Shown here in pieces: positions 24,501 to 32,600 of a stretch of 36,760 nucleotides of DNA. Below the pieces are notes generated by a model. The model had not been told where the DNA came from. It saw only the letters and a list, made by a program, of their open reading frames with translations, and did not search any database. Both the position numbers and the translations under genes were made by a program. Source of the DNA: Amoebophrya sp. A120 (lineage: Eukaryota > Protista > Dinoflagellata); the NCBI GenBank assembly GCA_905178155.1, contig CAJINV010000023.1, forward strand, positions 174,718 through 211,477, written 5' to 3'. The stretch's first letter is position 1, and the number at the start of each line of letters is the position of its first letter.

Positions 24501-27500
24501 AAACTGCTTTGCACTTTGCGTGGCAAATTCTCATAGGGCCAAAATCAACATGGGAACAATCTGTGCCAAGATTGTAAAGCCAGGGGTGCGACGAGCTCGA
24601 GCTCCCTCCTTTAAAGTCCCTTTGGCTATTGATTCATGAATCACAAGAAATTCACGCAACAACAGCCGCTGAAAACTCAACGCTTGAGACCTCCATTCCG
24701 GGCCTGCAGCACGCCAATGCGGACGCCATGCAGATCGCGAGATGCTTCGAACAAAGCCAGCAGTTCCGCGGCGGCGCGGGGATACGGGTGTTGACCGACA
24801 CGCTCGAGGCGGCGGTATGAATTGCAAAAGTATCGCACTCGTATAAATGCATATACAAATTCCCTCAGCATGAGAAATAGGATTTCTTTGTAATGCGGAT
24901 TTACCTTAAGAAAAGGGCTTGCTAATGCAAGACTTGCATTTATACGAGTGCGATACTTTTGCACAGGATAGGCGGGCGACGTCAGCGACTCCTCGTCGCA
25001 CAGCGCGAGTCACGGGACAAGTATATGCCTTGCAAATATGCCTCGGTGTGGACACCTGTGATGCTGAATTGAGCATGATTGAAGCGCTTGCGATGTTGGC
25101 ACCCAAGCGTGACAAGCTTTTGAAACGCCTGCTAATGCCTAGCACGCATCACAAATTGCGCTTTTGCACGAGAAAGGAAGCTCCTCTTTTGCTCCTCATA
25201 CAACACAGATTTGCCAGGAATGGAAGACTCGCATCACAAGATCCACTGTCCCAGACTTAGACAGTACATATTTGCACTTGATAAATTACCTGCCACAACA
25301 TTTTCCACGCCATTGAGGACGTGCTGGTCAAGAATTCGAACCCGACAGAGCACTTGTTTTTCTACTTTTCCGGTTACGGCAGCTCGATGAGCAGTAGCAG
25401 TAGCAGCCACGTGCTGGACACCACGGCTCTGATGAGCCACAGTGCTGTATCAAACGGAAAAATCCCCCCTCCCGATGAACTTCTGATGCTGGATTTGTGT
25501 ACACAAATCAGCTTTGTCTTGCAGGAAGGCACTGTGGCCAGATTCCCAGGCTCTGTGGGGGCGTATGGGTCTAGTTGTTCAGCATCGCAAACGGCTGCCC
25601 TTTAGGCCAAACAGCATGGCAAATCGCTCCCATAATGGGAGGGAAGCATCTGCCATTGCCTTCTTGCAAGACAAATGTGATCTGTGGCCTCAAATCAGCA
25701 GCACAAATTTGCGGAGTCATACCTTTTTCAATATGCGTCGGGAGGATTTTTCCCTTTGATATGCTGCATCCTCATCCCCAAGCACCGCGGTTCTCCTTCC
25801 CGCAGATTTTGCGAAGTCGCTCCCTGTACGCGTTGCAAATTAATATGTCTAGATCTGGAGAAACTTCTAATGCTAGTTTGTGAATGGTGGGCGTACTGCG
25901 ATACGCAGCCACGCATGGCAAGCCAGTGAGTTTCTGGGCTAGGCTACCTTCCCGCATGACGATCAAGAGGCTTTTGTTCTCCTCCTCTCGCATTACAGAT
26001 TCAATTGTCATGCGAGACTAGCATGACAAACGTGCATTCTTCCGGTTCCAGACGTTTTTGCAATGCATACCCTGCCGGGTTCGTCGCGGATCCGGAGTGG
26101 AAAAACTCGGTGCAGCACATGGAAAAACACTTCGACTACTCACCGAACAAGACTTCCTCAAACCGCGACCTGACGCAAGTCGTGCAGGGTCAGGTGCAGC
26201 GGTGCGGCTATCGATTCTTTTCGATCGAGCAGCTTTACCAGTGGATCAGGCACTGTGCCAACCGGCGCACGACGGCCTCGGGCGTGCCGGAGCTGAAAAA
26301 AGTCACCTTGATTCTGTATGGCATTCTCAACTGTTACATTCTCAAGTGTTACACGGATTTGTCATGCAAAATTGCCATCAGCCTCCACTTGAGCAAGGTG
26401 CCTAGCATGACAAATCTCCGAAGGGCTAAACAGCATCGAAATCTGCGGAAAATCTGTGATGCGAAAGCTGCAATAATGCAACTTTCACTATTGCTGTTCT
26501 TGCATTACAAATCCATGTAACAGTTGAGAATGTAACGCTTGAGAACGCCATATTCTGGACGCGGGGCTTCTGGTGACGGATCACAGCACGAATAGTTCTT
26601 CCGGCGCCGCGCCAAAACGCGTGCGGGTTTTTGGCCAGGAGGTGTTTTATCCAACGTAAAATCGTCATGATTTATTTGAGCTTCGCCAAGTGAATTAATG
26701 GTGTAAAGTAACTTGCGATGTTGAGAAGTACTTTATGAACCTTCATGACCACATTAGGGCGCTATAAGTCTCCCTGCGAGCTGACTTGCTGGAGTCCGAG
26801 TGACAGCCGCCGGAATCCGCTTCACTCCGATTCGGGCGCTCGTCACTCGGAATGATTCTGGTTCGTTTTTTGTCACTCCGATTCGTGTTGACCAAAATGA
26901 TTTTTTTGACCAACACGAATCCGAGTGAGTGCGAATCAGGCCGGCATGCTCCCCGCAAGCTACCTTGCTGGAGTCCGAGTGACAGCCGCCGGACTCCGCT
27001 TCACTCCGATTCGGGCGCTCGTCACTCGGAATGATTCTGGTTCGTTTTTTGTCACTCGGATCATTCGCGCTCATTACTGCGAAGGTCACCAAGTGAACAC
27101 GTGAAGATGGCATTTTTGGGAAAGCAGATTAGATTTCGATTTTACATTAGCATACCTGAGTCAAGACCAAGCCAGGAGCGACGACGCCCTCCTCGATTTT
27201 CCAGGGGTTTTTCCAGCAGTATGGCGTTCTCAACTGTTACATTCTCAACTGTTTACACGATTTGTCATGCGAGACCACCTTCAAAATCGACACTATCAAG
27301 CTGCTTTGCATGGCAAATTCTCAGAGGGCGAAGCAGGATGATAATCCGTGCCAAATCTGTCATGCAAGACGCGCAAGGTCGCCCCGTTCACTCTTTCCAT
27401 TCTTGCATCACAAATTCATGTAACACTTGAGAATGTAACAGTTAAAAACGCCATAAGCAGAAAAGCGACTCTGCCTCCAGCGGTACAAGCAGTGGCAACC

Positions 27501-28128
27501 GCCATCTGCCACTCCCGCCATTTCCGGTGTTGGATCTGGAGGAAAACTTTCCGCAACCTAGCATGAATGTGCCCAGCCACGACGGAATCGAGATCCGGGT
27601 AATTTGCCCGAAACACAGTTGCAGCGAAGACCAGACGAGTGGGGCCTTCACGTATTGAGAGGAAAAATCCCCCCTCCCCATATCGAAACGGTATGCTTCC
27701 GAAAATTTGTCTTGCTGATTTGAGACCACAAATCACGTCTGTCTTGCCAGAAGACAAGTACACAGGCTCTGCCGCATTACGCAGGCGGTTTGTGATGCTG
27801 TTGGGCCTACAGCATAGACGTTTCCCATGCTAAGCACCTAGGCAAAAACCTCTCCGCTCAGGCTTGGCAGGAGCCTGCAGTCCGCCATTGCAAGACAGAT
27901 CTGATTTGTGTACGCAAATCCAGCATCAGAAACTTCCTTTTGATATGGGGAGGGGGGATTTTTCCTTTTGATATCACGAAAAAAGTGCTTACTGTGCTTG
28001 GCAGTGCAGCGAGCGGGGCTGCAGCGGAGACCCTGAGCTTTCAGCAAGTCGCGGCGAGCAGTGGGACGGCGGGGGAGGAAGTGTTTGTGATGGGTGGGAC
28101 GGGCAGCGGAGAGCTGTTCTACTCTTAA
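514..28128 (+). CDS. Multi-exon gene (~39 exons, ~1,700 aa): N-terminal globular (possibly C2-like) domain, low-complexity linker, long coiled coil, C-terminal catalytically degenerate metacaspase (peptidase C14-like)
   Basis: Manual join, keeping the upstream DR copy: 514-642, 798-828, 1107-1140, 8522-8955, 9113-9192, 9414-9785, 10053-10092, 10439-10467, 10723-10743, 11017-11131, 11425-11456, 13109, 13412-13462, 13712-13779, 14080-14117, 14294-14309, 14565-14610, 14859-14914, 15108-15142, 15411-15439, 15612-15734, 16007-16079, 16236-16308, 16615-16701, 16970-17202, 17363-17435, 17700-18044, 18232-18612, 19498-20374, 20634-20729, ~24666-24815, 24976-25023, 25289-25447, 25767-25826, 26075-26316, 26558-~26620, ~27160-27219, 27461-27652, 27979-28128. 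Phases are consistent throughout. Metacaspase motifs appear in order: KSAIVVGCN, GLQHANADA, IRVLTD, NIFHAIEDVLVK..EHLFFYFSGYG, LLPADF, VTLILDAG, CSEDQTSGAFT. The junctions near 24666 and 26620-27160 are uncertain. Confidence 0.8.
643..792. mobile_element. Introner family A (TIR TATnnnnTGCAAAAGTATCGTACTCGTA)
   Basis: DR ggcaa/ggcaa. Confidence 0.9.
829..1101. mobile_element. Introner family B (TIR TATnnnnTGCAAAWATGTCTGGGTCTGGAA)
   Basis: DR gcaga/acaga. Confidence 0.88.
2156..7790 (-). CDS. Transposon polyprotein (~1,408 aa): unknown N-terminal domain, RepB'-like AEP primase, OTU protease, integrase (H2C2, DDE, GPY), possible OB fold
   Basis: Join 7790-7514, 7363-6794, 6634-6466, 6145-5890, 5713-5579, 5297-4125, 3960-2715, 2556-2156 totals 4,227 nt and is open from ATG to stop. 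Six introns follow the element+5 nt rule and one (6793-6635) is GT-AG. Confidence 0.82.
2562..2714. mobile_element. Degenerate introner in the transposon gene
   Basis: TIR TATGCCGTGCCAATTTGCCGCG / rc TATGCCACGCCAATTTACCGCG; DR decayed; frame restored by element+5 removal. Confidence 0.78.
3020..4360 (-). CDS. Retroviral/Gypsy-type integrase domain (H2C2 zinc finger, DDE core, GPY/F motif)
   Basis: AHLRSHGG...ACEAC; spliced RPFAWAGID; GVPDHLNIDKGTE; HPQSNGATESYNGQLKQQL; DW....ALN; GERVLCRN...KFLGPYVV. Confidence 0.92.
3966..4124. mobile_element. Degenerate introner in the integrase domain
   Basis: TIR TATACATCGGAAAAGTAGCCCC / rc TATCCTGTGGAAAAGTGCCCC; splicing yields RPFAWAGID. Confidence 0.8.
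5010..5713 (-). CDS. OTU-family cysteine protease domain of the polyprotein, split by an introner
   Basis: Cys motif QKIAGNGNCCPLSIAAA (exon 5713-5579), then WLGHAFLEAAAQVMGLTICI and His motif IRLQYDGRHYDA. Confidence 0.8.
5303..5578. mobile_element. Degenerate introner in the OTU domain
   Basis: TIR TATGCCAATGCGCAACACACCCC / rc TATGGCACCGCGCAACACCCCCC; DR ttcgc/atcac. Confidence 0.8.
5719..5889. mobile_element. Degenerate introner between primase and OTU
   Basis: CATCCTGTGCAAAACCCC...GGGGACTATTTTCTTCGCCATA; frame restored. Confidence 0.7.
5930..6634 (-). CDS. RepB'-like DNA primase domain (AEP superfamily) of the polyprotein, split by an introner
   Basis: Spliced peptide HYFFRPTNSAWILVDLDNVSPATVEKAKEDHRCRFVTRTSETCWQGWYKV...LLGGDANANRAGQPGRLPGSRNPK. 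It follows the motif order I recall for RSF1010 RepB' (YIRP..LVLVDD..VETSPxNYQAWVKV..D....GRLAGFTNRK). Confidence 0.8.
6151..6465. mobile_element. Introner family C in the primase domain
   Basis: DR cggcc/cggca; C-rich/G-rich TIR. Confidence 0.85.
6635..6793 (-). other. Canonical GT-AG intron in the transposon gene
   Basis: G|GTATGC ... TTTTCCACAG|G, 159 nt, T-rich on the minus strand. Confidence 0.8.
7369..7513. mobile_element. Degenerate introner in the transposon gene
   Basis: IR AAAAAAGCGCGCC/GGCGCGCTTTTTT; ends CAT...ATA; frame restored by element+5 removal. Confidence 0.65.
8956..9107. mobile_element. Introner family A
   Basis: DR caaca/aaaca. Confidence 0.88.
9193..9408. mobile_element. 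Introner, singleton family (CAGTTACACATT IR)
   Basis: DR actat/cctat. Confidence 0.82.
9786..10047. mobile_element. Introner family B
   Basis: DR acatg/acatg. Confidence 0.9.
10093..10433. mobile_element. Introner family C (TIR ...GGAAAAATCCCCCCTCCCCATA)
   Basis: DR gctgc/gctgc. Confidence 0.9.
10468..10717. mobile_element. Introner family B
   Basis: DR agcag/agcag. Confidence 0.9.
10744..11011. mobile_element. Introner family B
   Basis: DR ccgag/ccgag. Confidence 0.9.
11132..11419. mobile_element. Introner family B
   Basis: DR caata/caaca. Confidence 0.85.
11457..13103. mobile_element. Introner family A expanded by a satellite
   Basis: DR atctg/acctg. Confidence 0.8.
11500..13050. repeat. 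Tandem satellite, ~9 units of 167/170 bp, inside an introner
   Basis: Unit starts recur at 11655, 11822, 11989, 12159, 12329, 12496 and 12663; terminal units are diverged. Confidence 0.95.
13110..13406. mobile_element. Introner family B
   Basis: DR cctgg/cctgg, overlapping the previous DR. Confidence 0.9.
13463..13706. mobile_element. Introner family D (TIR TATGAGAGTGCACAACTCCCCC)
   Basis: DR ctacg/ctacg. Confidence 0.9.
13780..14079 (+). other. Canonical GT-AG intron
   Basis: CAG|GTGCGC...CATCAG|ATT, in frame. Confidence 0.8.
14118..14288. mobile_element. Introner family A
   Basis: DR acgaa/ccgaa. Confidence 0.87.
14310..14559. mobile_element. Introner family B (inverted near-copy of 10468-10717)
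   Basis: DR aacgc/aacgc. Confidence 0.9.
14611..14853. mobile_element. Introner family D
   Basis: DR gcaaa/gcaaa. Confidence 0.9.
14915..15102. mobile_element. Introner family A, degenerate
   Basis: DR decayed (cgagg/aaagc); frame restored. Confidence 0.75.
15143..15405. mobile_element. Introner family B
   Basis: DR cagaa/cagaa. Confidence 0.88.
15440..15606. mobile_element. Introner, singleton family (AAATTTCCCG IR)
   Basis: DR tctga/tctga. Confidence 0.85.
15735..16001. mobile_element. Introner family B
   Basis: DR actgt/actgt. Confidence 0.9.
16080..16230. mobile_element. Introner family A
   Basis: DR gaaat/gaaat. Confidence 0.9.
16309..16614 (+). other. Canonical GT-AG intron
   Basis: GCG|GTATAA...CCTTAG|GCC, in frame. 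Confidence 0.8.
16702..16964. mobile_element. Introner family B
   Basis: DR gccgc/gccgc. Confidence 0.9.
17203..17357. mobile_element. Introner family A
   Basis: DR gcact/gcact. Confidence 0.9.
17436..17694. mobile_element. Introner family E (TIR ...CTCAnnnGTTACAWTCTCAA)
   Basis: DR aggac/aggat. Confidence 0.88.
18045..18226. mobile_element. Introner family A, degenerate
   Basis: Right end ATGCAAA; DR lost; frame restored by element+5 removal. Confidence 0.7.
18613..19492. mobile_element. Introner family A with nested MITE-like insert
   Basis: DR tatat/tgtat. Confidence 0.85.
18635..19361. mobile_element. MITE-like non-coding insertion nested in a family-A introner
   Basis: It splits the introner TIR (aagtatcgta|ctcgta). 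It starts TGTAGTGAGGTC, with the inverted copy GACCTCACTAC at 19329-19339. Imperfect 4-bp flank cgta/ggta. Confidence 0.6.
20375..20628. mobile_element. Introner family E
   Basis: DR gcaga/gaaga. Confidence 0.87.
20730..24665. other. Long intron starting with a family-A TIR and containing the 192-bp satellite; 3' end unresolved
   Basis: TATGAACTGCAAAAGTACAGTATCG at 20730. No right TIR or DR was found; a frame-compatible CAG ends at 24665. Confidence 0.55.
21066..24110. repeat. GC-rich tandem satellite, ~16 units of 192 bp, inside an introner-initiated intron
   Basis: Exact 192-bp period (21650, 21842, 22034 ... 23570); the central copies look identical and the edge copies are diverged. Confidence 0.97.
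24816..24970. mobile_element. Introner family A
   Basis: DR ggcgg/ggcgg. Confidence 0.9.
25024..25283. mobile_element. Introner family B-like
   Basis: DR aagta/aatta. Confidence 0.83.
25448..25761. mobile_element. Introner family C
   Basis: DR tgctg/tgctg. Confidence 0.9.
25827..26069. mobile_element. Introner family B
   Basis: DR ccctg/ccctg. Confidence 0.88.
26317..26552. mobile_element. Introner family E
   Basis: DR ttctg/ttctg. Confidence 0.9.
26785..27060. repeat. ~1.5-copy tandem duplication (period ~179 bp) in a conventional intron
   Basis: cttgctggagtccgagtgacagccgccgga...gtcactc occurs at 26785 and 26964. Confidence 0.85.
27220..27455. mobile_element. Introner family E
   Basis: DR agcag/agcag. 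Confidence 0.9.
27653..27973. mobile_element. Introner family C
   Basis: DR tcacg/tcacg. Confidence 0.9.
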
Positions 28129-29691
28129 GTAAACAGGGGCTGTAAAACTAGTTTTTTCATCCCGTTGGAGGTGGTAGGAGAGATCTTCAGTGAAGTTTTT
28201 TGCAGCTGTCAGTCCACTTCATATATACCGTCGATCAAGAGGAGGATCTCCAGCTGCGGTGCATTCGTCTGACAACTCCACTGAACGAAGGAGATTTTTT
28301 ACCGAAGGGAGGACTAAGTATGTCCATTGCAGCTAACCTTTTAGAGAAGACAGAGATACATCGAAATTGTAATTGTAATTCAAATCGAAAACCAAAAGCA
28401 TGAGATTGTGACTGAAACATTTATGTAGCAGATGATGAACATGAACCCCGCCTCGAAGGACAGGCAAGTACAGAATTGATACAGAACCCGCCTCGAGCGG
28501 AAGCTCACAAATCAGAAATTGATATTCTCACATGGAAGTTGTCGCTTTTTTTCACTTTACATTTTTTTCCAATTATATATAGATTGCACAGGCCACGATT
28601 GATTCAGGCATGATAAAAGAGGTCGTCCGGGAGCGGGATGAACAATGTGGCAATTGGCAAAGGCTCTGTAGTAGAAAAATAACTAGCTCACGCAACAAAT
28701 AAACGTCGCATCAAGTAGTTCAACGAGATAGCCCTACTTAGAAGTTTCATTAATAATTCCAATGGGAACGATTCCGCCGCGGGCGGAGGCGGACCAGCTA
28801 CGATTGCGAACGGAACGGTTATTATTATTAATTCACCTGCTATAATGAAGATGTCCACCAAGAAAGAATTAAGTATATGTTTCGGAATAGTAAATGCAGC
28901 GGTAAAAAACCGATAGCTCAGCGAGCAAGACGTGCTATGAAAATGAAGATGCGCGTCACCATTTCCGCAGACGCGGCATAGAGACACATGACAGAGACAC
29001 AAATTCAAATGAAGCGATGAAACATACAACATGCGTGATCGTACCACGTTCACAACGGCAGTACCACTGTGTGGAAGCGGGTCGATCATTATTACTCAGG
29101 TGCTGCAAAAAAGCAGCGTTTTGAAGAATCAGCCAAGATTTCTATGCCTCTTTCCCCTCCTCCTGAAGTTCTTTTGTCTCACGTTGTTTGTTGATGTTGG
29201 CTTTTCTTGCTGATTATTTTATGTACAGAGTAAAGCGCGCTCCGAGTCGACGAGAGCCAAAAGCAAAATTACACGGAGAGCAATAAAGAGAGCAGAGGGG
29301 GGGGCGGTAGCTGCCCGTGGTTTTAATAATATATACTGGAGCGTCAACAAGCTCAAATCGTGGAGCGGTCGTCTACTGTGTGGTCAGACGCGACAGTGCA
29401 AATTGTGTGTTTCTGCTTCGTTGGACTTCTCCACCCTAGATGAAGATGTTGAAAAACAATAAACGGTAAAGTACTACGAAGCGAAAGTAGAAGTACAACA
29501 AGCCAACCGCAAATGTTGACATAAATCCAGCGGGTCTTCTCGTGCTGGTGCCTGTCGCACCGTCTCCATCCCCGTCCTGTTTTTGGGAACCCGGTGGGCA
29601 CAGCACGAGCACCACTCCGCAGCAAAGGCCGTTGTGCAGAGAGACTTCAGATTTTACCTCCTGAAGTAGCAAAACCCGCAAGTAAAAGAGC

Positions 29692-32600
29692 ATGTTGAAC
29701 GTGGGCCCCCGTACGTTCAATGGCGTGCCGTACCTCGCCGGCGGTCCCAAGAAGACCACCGCCGAAGAGGAACGGATCCTAGCCCTGCGGGCAAACATCG
29801 AGAAAGAGGACAAGGAGCTGCAGCAACTCATCGCCGAACGGGATCGAAGAAAGGATTTGAAGGAAAGACGTGAGATTCGGGCCAGTCTGCTCAAGTACAA
29901 CCAGAAAATGGCCGAGTACGAGAAGCGCACCAAGTCGCTCTCCGGTTCCCGCTCCTTCGGCGAAGATCCAAGTCTACACGACCCGTCCGGCCAGCCAGAT
30001 GACGGCGGAGACAAGGAGGTATCAAATGCAAATATGTCAGAAACTTGTGGTGCTGATACTTGCAACACAGGGTGGTTGCTTGTACGGCATAACAGCATGA
30101 GAAGTTTTCATCCTCGGCTTCTTGTGCATTCATTCGTAAATAGCATGACAAACTGTCTTCCAGCACGACAAAAAAACTCGCCTATCCTCTTCATGCATCA
30201 CACAGCTGTCCTTCAAATTTCGCATCACAAATCCAGATCCAGAAATATTTGCCATGCATAGGAGGATTCGGACGACGATATCGATCCGAAAACGGGGAAA
30301 AAGAAGAAGAAGGACGCGATATCAAATGTAAAAATGTCGGGGTGGGGAAACTTGTGATGCTGAGTGGCGTCTCATGATGAGGCCACAAATGCTGGCTCAG
30401 CATGACAAGTTTCTGAGTTTCTAGGTGTTGCCTAGTGTGCATGACAAACTGCGTTTCTGCATCACAGAAAAATGGAGCTCTTGGGTAACTAACGTGCTGC
30501 ATGACAGATTTAACTGTCATGCCAGACAAGCATGACAAACATGCATTCTCCCACCTGACCCAGACATTTTTGCACTTGATACGCGAAAAAGAAAGGCAAG
30601 AGCGCGGCAAGGAGTCTCGCAGAGTTGAAGGTCGCACAGCAACAGGAAGAGGAAGAAAAGTACAAGGTCAGCTTTCTGCGCGAAGCACAAAAGTTGCGCG
30701 ATGAAGTGGTCCGAGACATGCAGAACGCGGCGACGACCACCGAGGCAGCGAAAATTGCCGGCAAAGAGGTGCTGATTTTTTCATTTTTTCGTTGCGTGCG
30801 GCATGACAAATTCAAAATGTCGCAGTGCTACTTTTCGCAAGACAAAATCGGGGGATGGAACTACTCTTCACAAGAAAGCTGTATTTCTTTTGCTTGTAGT
30901 TGTAATGCTAACACAGTAAAACAGGTTTCCTCCGATTACGCTGAGTTTATGCGGGGCCATATGGAATGCAAATATGTCTGGGTCTGGAAGATTGCCAGGT
31001 TTGTCATGCATATTTTGCATGACCTATGATGTCTGTGATGCATGCCCTAGCATCACATATTTTTAGAGGACTTTGCGATGCCTCTACCGCATGAGAAATG
31101 CCCTCTCTGCATAGCACAAACTGGAGTGCTCTTCTTGGTCATGCAATACACATTTTTTTAGAATCCAGAGACAGCATTACAAGTTTAGCATCTTCCAGAC
31201 CCAGACACTTTTGCAATCCATAGGCCAGGCGGGTATGGCCAGACACCTGAAAGACGGGGCACCGTGGTACTATGCATTGCAAACATTATCGATCTGGTGA
31301 TCTGAGTTTGTCATGCGGGATTTGAAGGACAAAAAAGATCTGTGATGCGTGACTACGAGTACTATCTACAAGTGGCTATAATTTTGCGATACGTGTATGA
31401 TCAGCAACACAAATAATTTCCAGGCCCTGATCGATACTTGCAATGCATAGGTACCGACCGGACGTGATGTTCCGACTGTGGTTGATGAAAAAGCGGTATC
31501 AACTGCAAACATCCCTGGATGTCGGGAAGAATGCCAGACTTGTCATGCAGGTTTTCCATGACCCATGACGTCTGATATGTAGGACATAGCATGACAGATT
31601 CTGTGAGAGTTCTATCATGTTGCCTACCCTGCATCAGAAACTGCCTCTCGGTTAGGTCAAAAGTGGACAGCATTTGGTAATCATGCTGCACAGATTTACT
31701 GTGCACGATTCAGTGTTAGCATGACAAGTTCGTTGGAGAGTTCCAGACATCCAGGGTGGATATTTGCACTCGATAAGTGGTTTCAACAGTACGAGCAGTC
31801 GCTCGGGATCCGAAAGAAGGGCCGCGTCCAGCGGATGGTGGAGTCGCTGGGGTTCGACCTGTTTTTCGGTTTGATGATCTGCGTGAATGCGTTCACGATC
31901 TATCAGATGCAAATATGTCTAGGTCTGGATGAGTGCAAGTTTGTCATGCTTGTCTGGCATGACTCGAGAATCTGTGTTGCATAGGCACGAAAAAGCCCCC
32001 GTACCTGTCATGCAAAAACGCAGCTCGCCATGCGGAATACGTAAGACATGGCAGCCAAAAAATTTGTCATGCATAGCTGCGTATTGCAGTGCGTCTGTCA
32101 TTCCCCTTTAGCATTACAAGTTTCCAGACCCAGACATTTTTGTAATGCATACGATCGGGAGCGGAGCGAAATACCGTGAGGGCGAGGAAAAGCCGTCCAA
32201 CGTGACCATGACGGAAAATTTTTTCACGGGGCTTTTTGTCGGCGAGTTTTTACTGCGGGTGCGCGCGTTTGGGATCATCTGGGTCTTCGACGCCTGGAAT
32301 TTTATGGACTTCCTGCTCGTGTGGGTCACCGGGGTGCTGACCCTGTGGGTGCTGGATATGGGACTCTCAAACTTTACATTCTCAACTGTTACATGATTTT
32401 TTTGTGATGCATTGCAGCAATATGGGAAGGGGCAAGCTTGCGAGTCTCGCATCACAAATTTGCAACAGATTTCGATGCTGTTTGACCCTTCGAGAATTTG
32501 TCATGCGAAGCACCTTAATCTCCTGGCGACTTATGGGAATTTTGCATGACAAAGCACGTAACAAACTGTGACAGTTGATGAGGGTGTATTAACGTTTGAG

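Noticed and set aside
28129-29691. Gene, RNA gene or dinoflagellate spliced-leader relic in the intergenic region
   Set aside because: No convincing ORF, tRNA/rRNA pattern or CCGTAGCCATTTTGGCTCAAG-like match was seen by eye.
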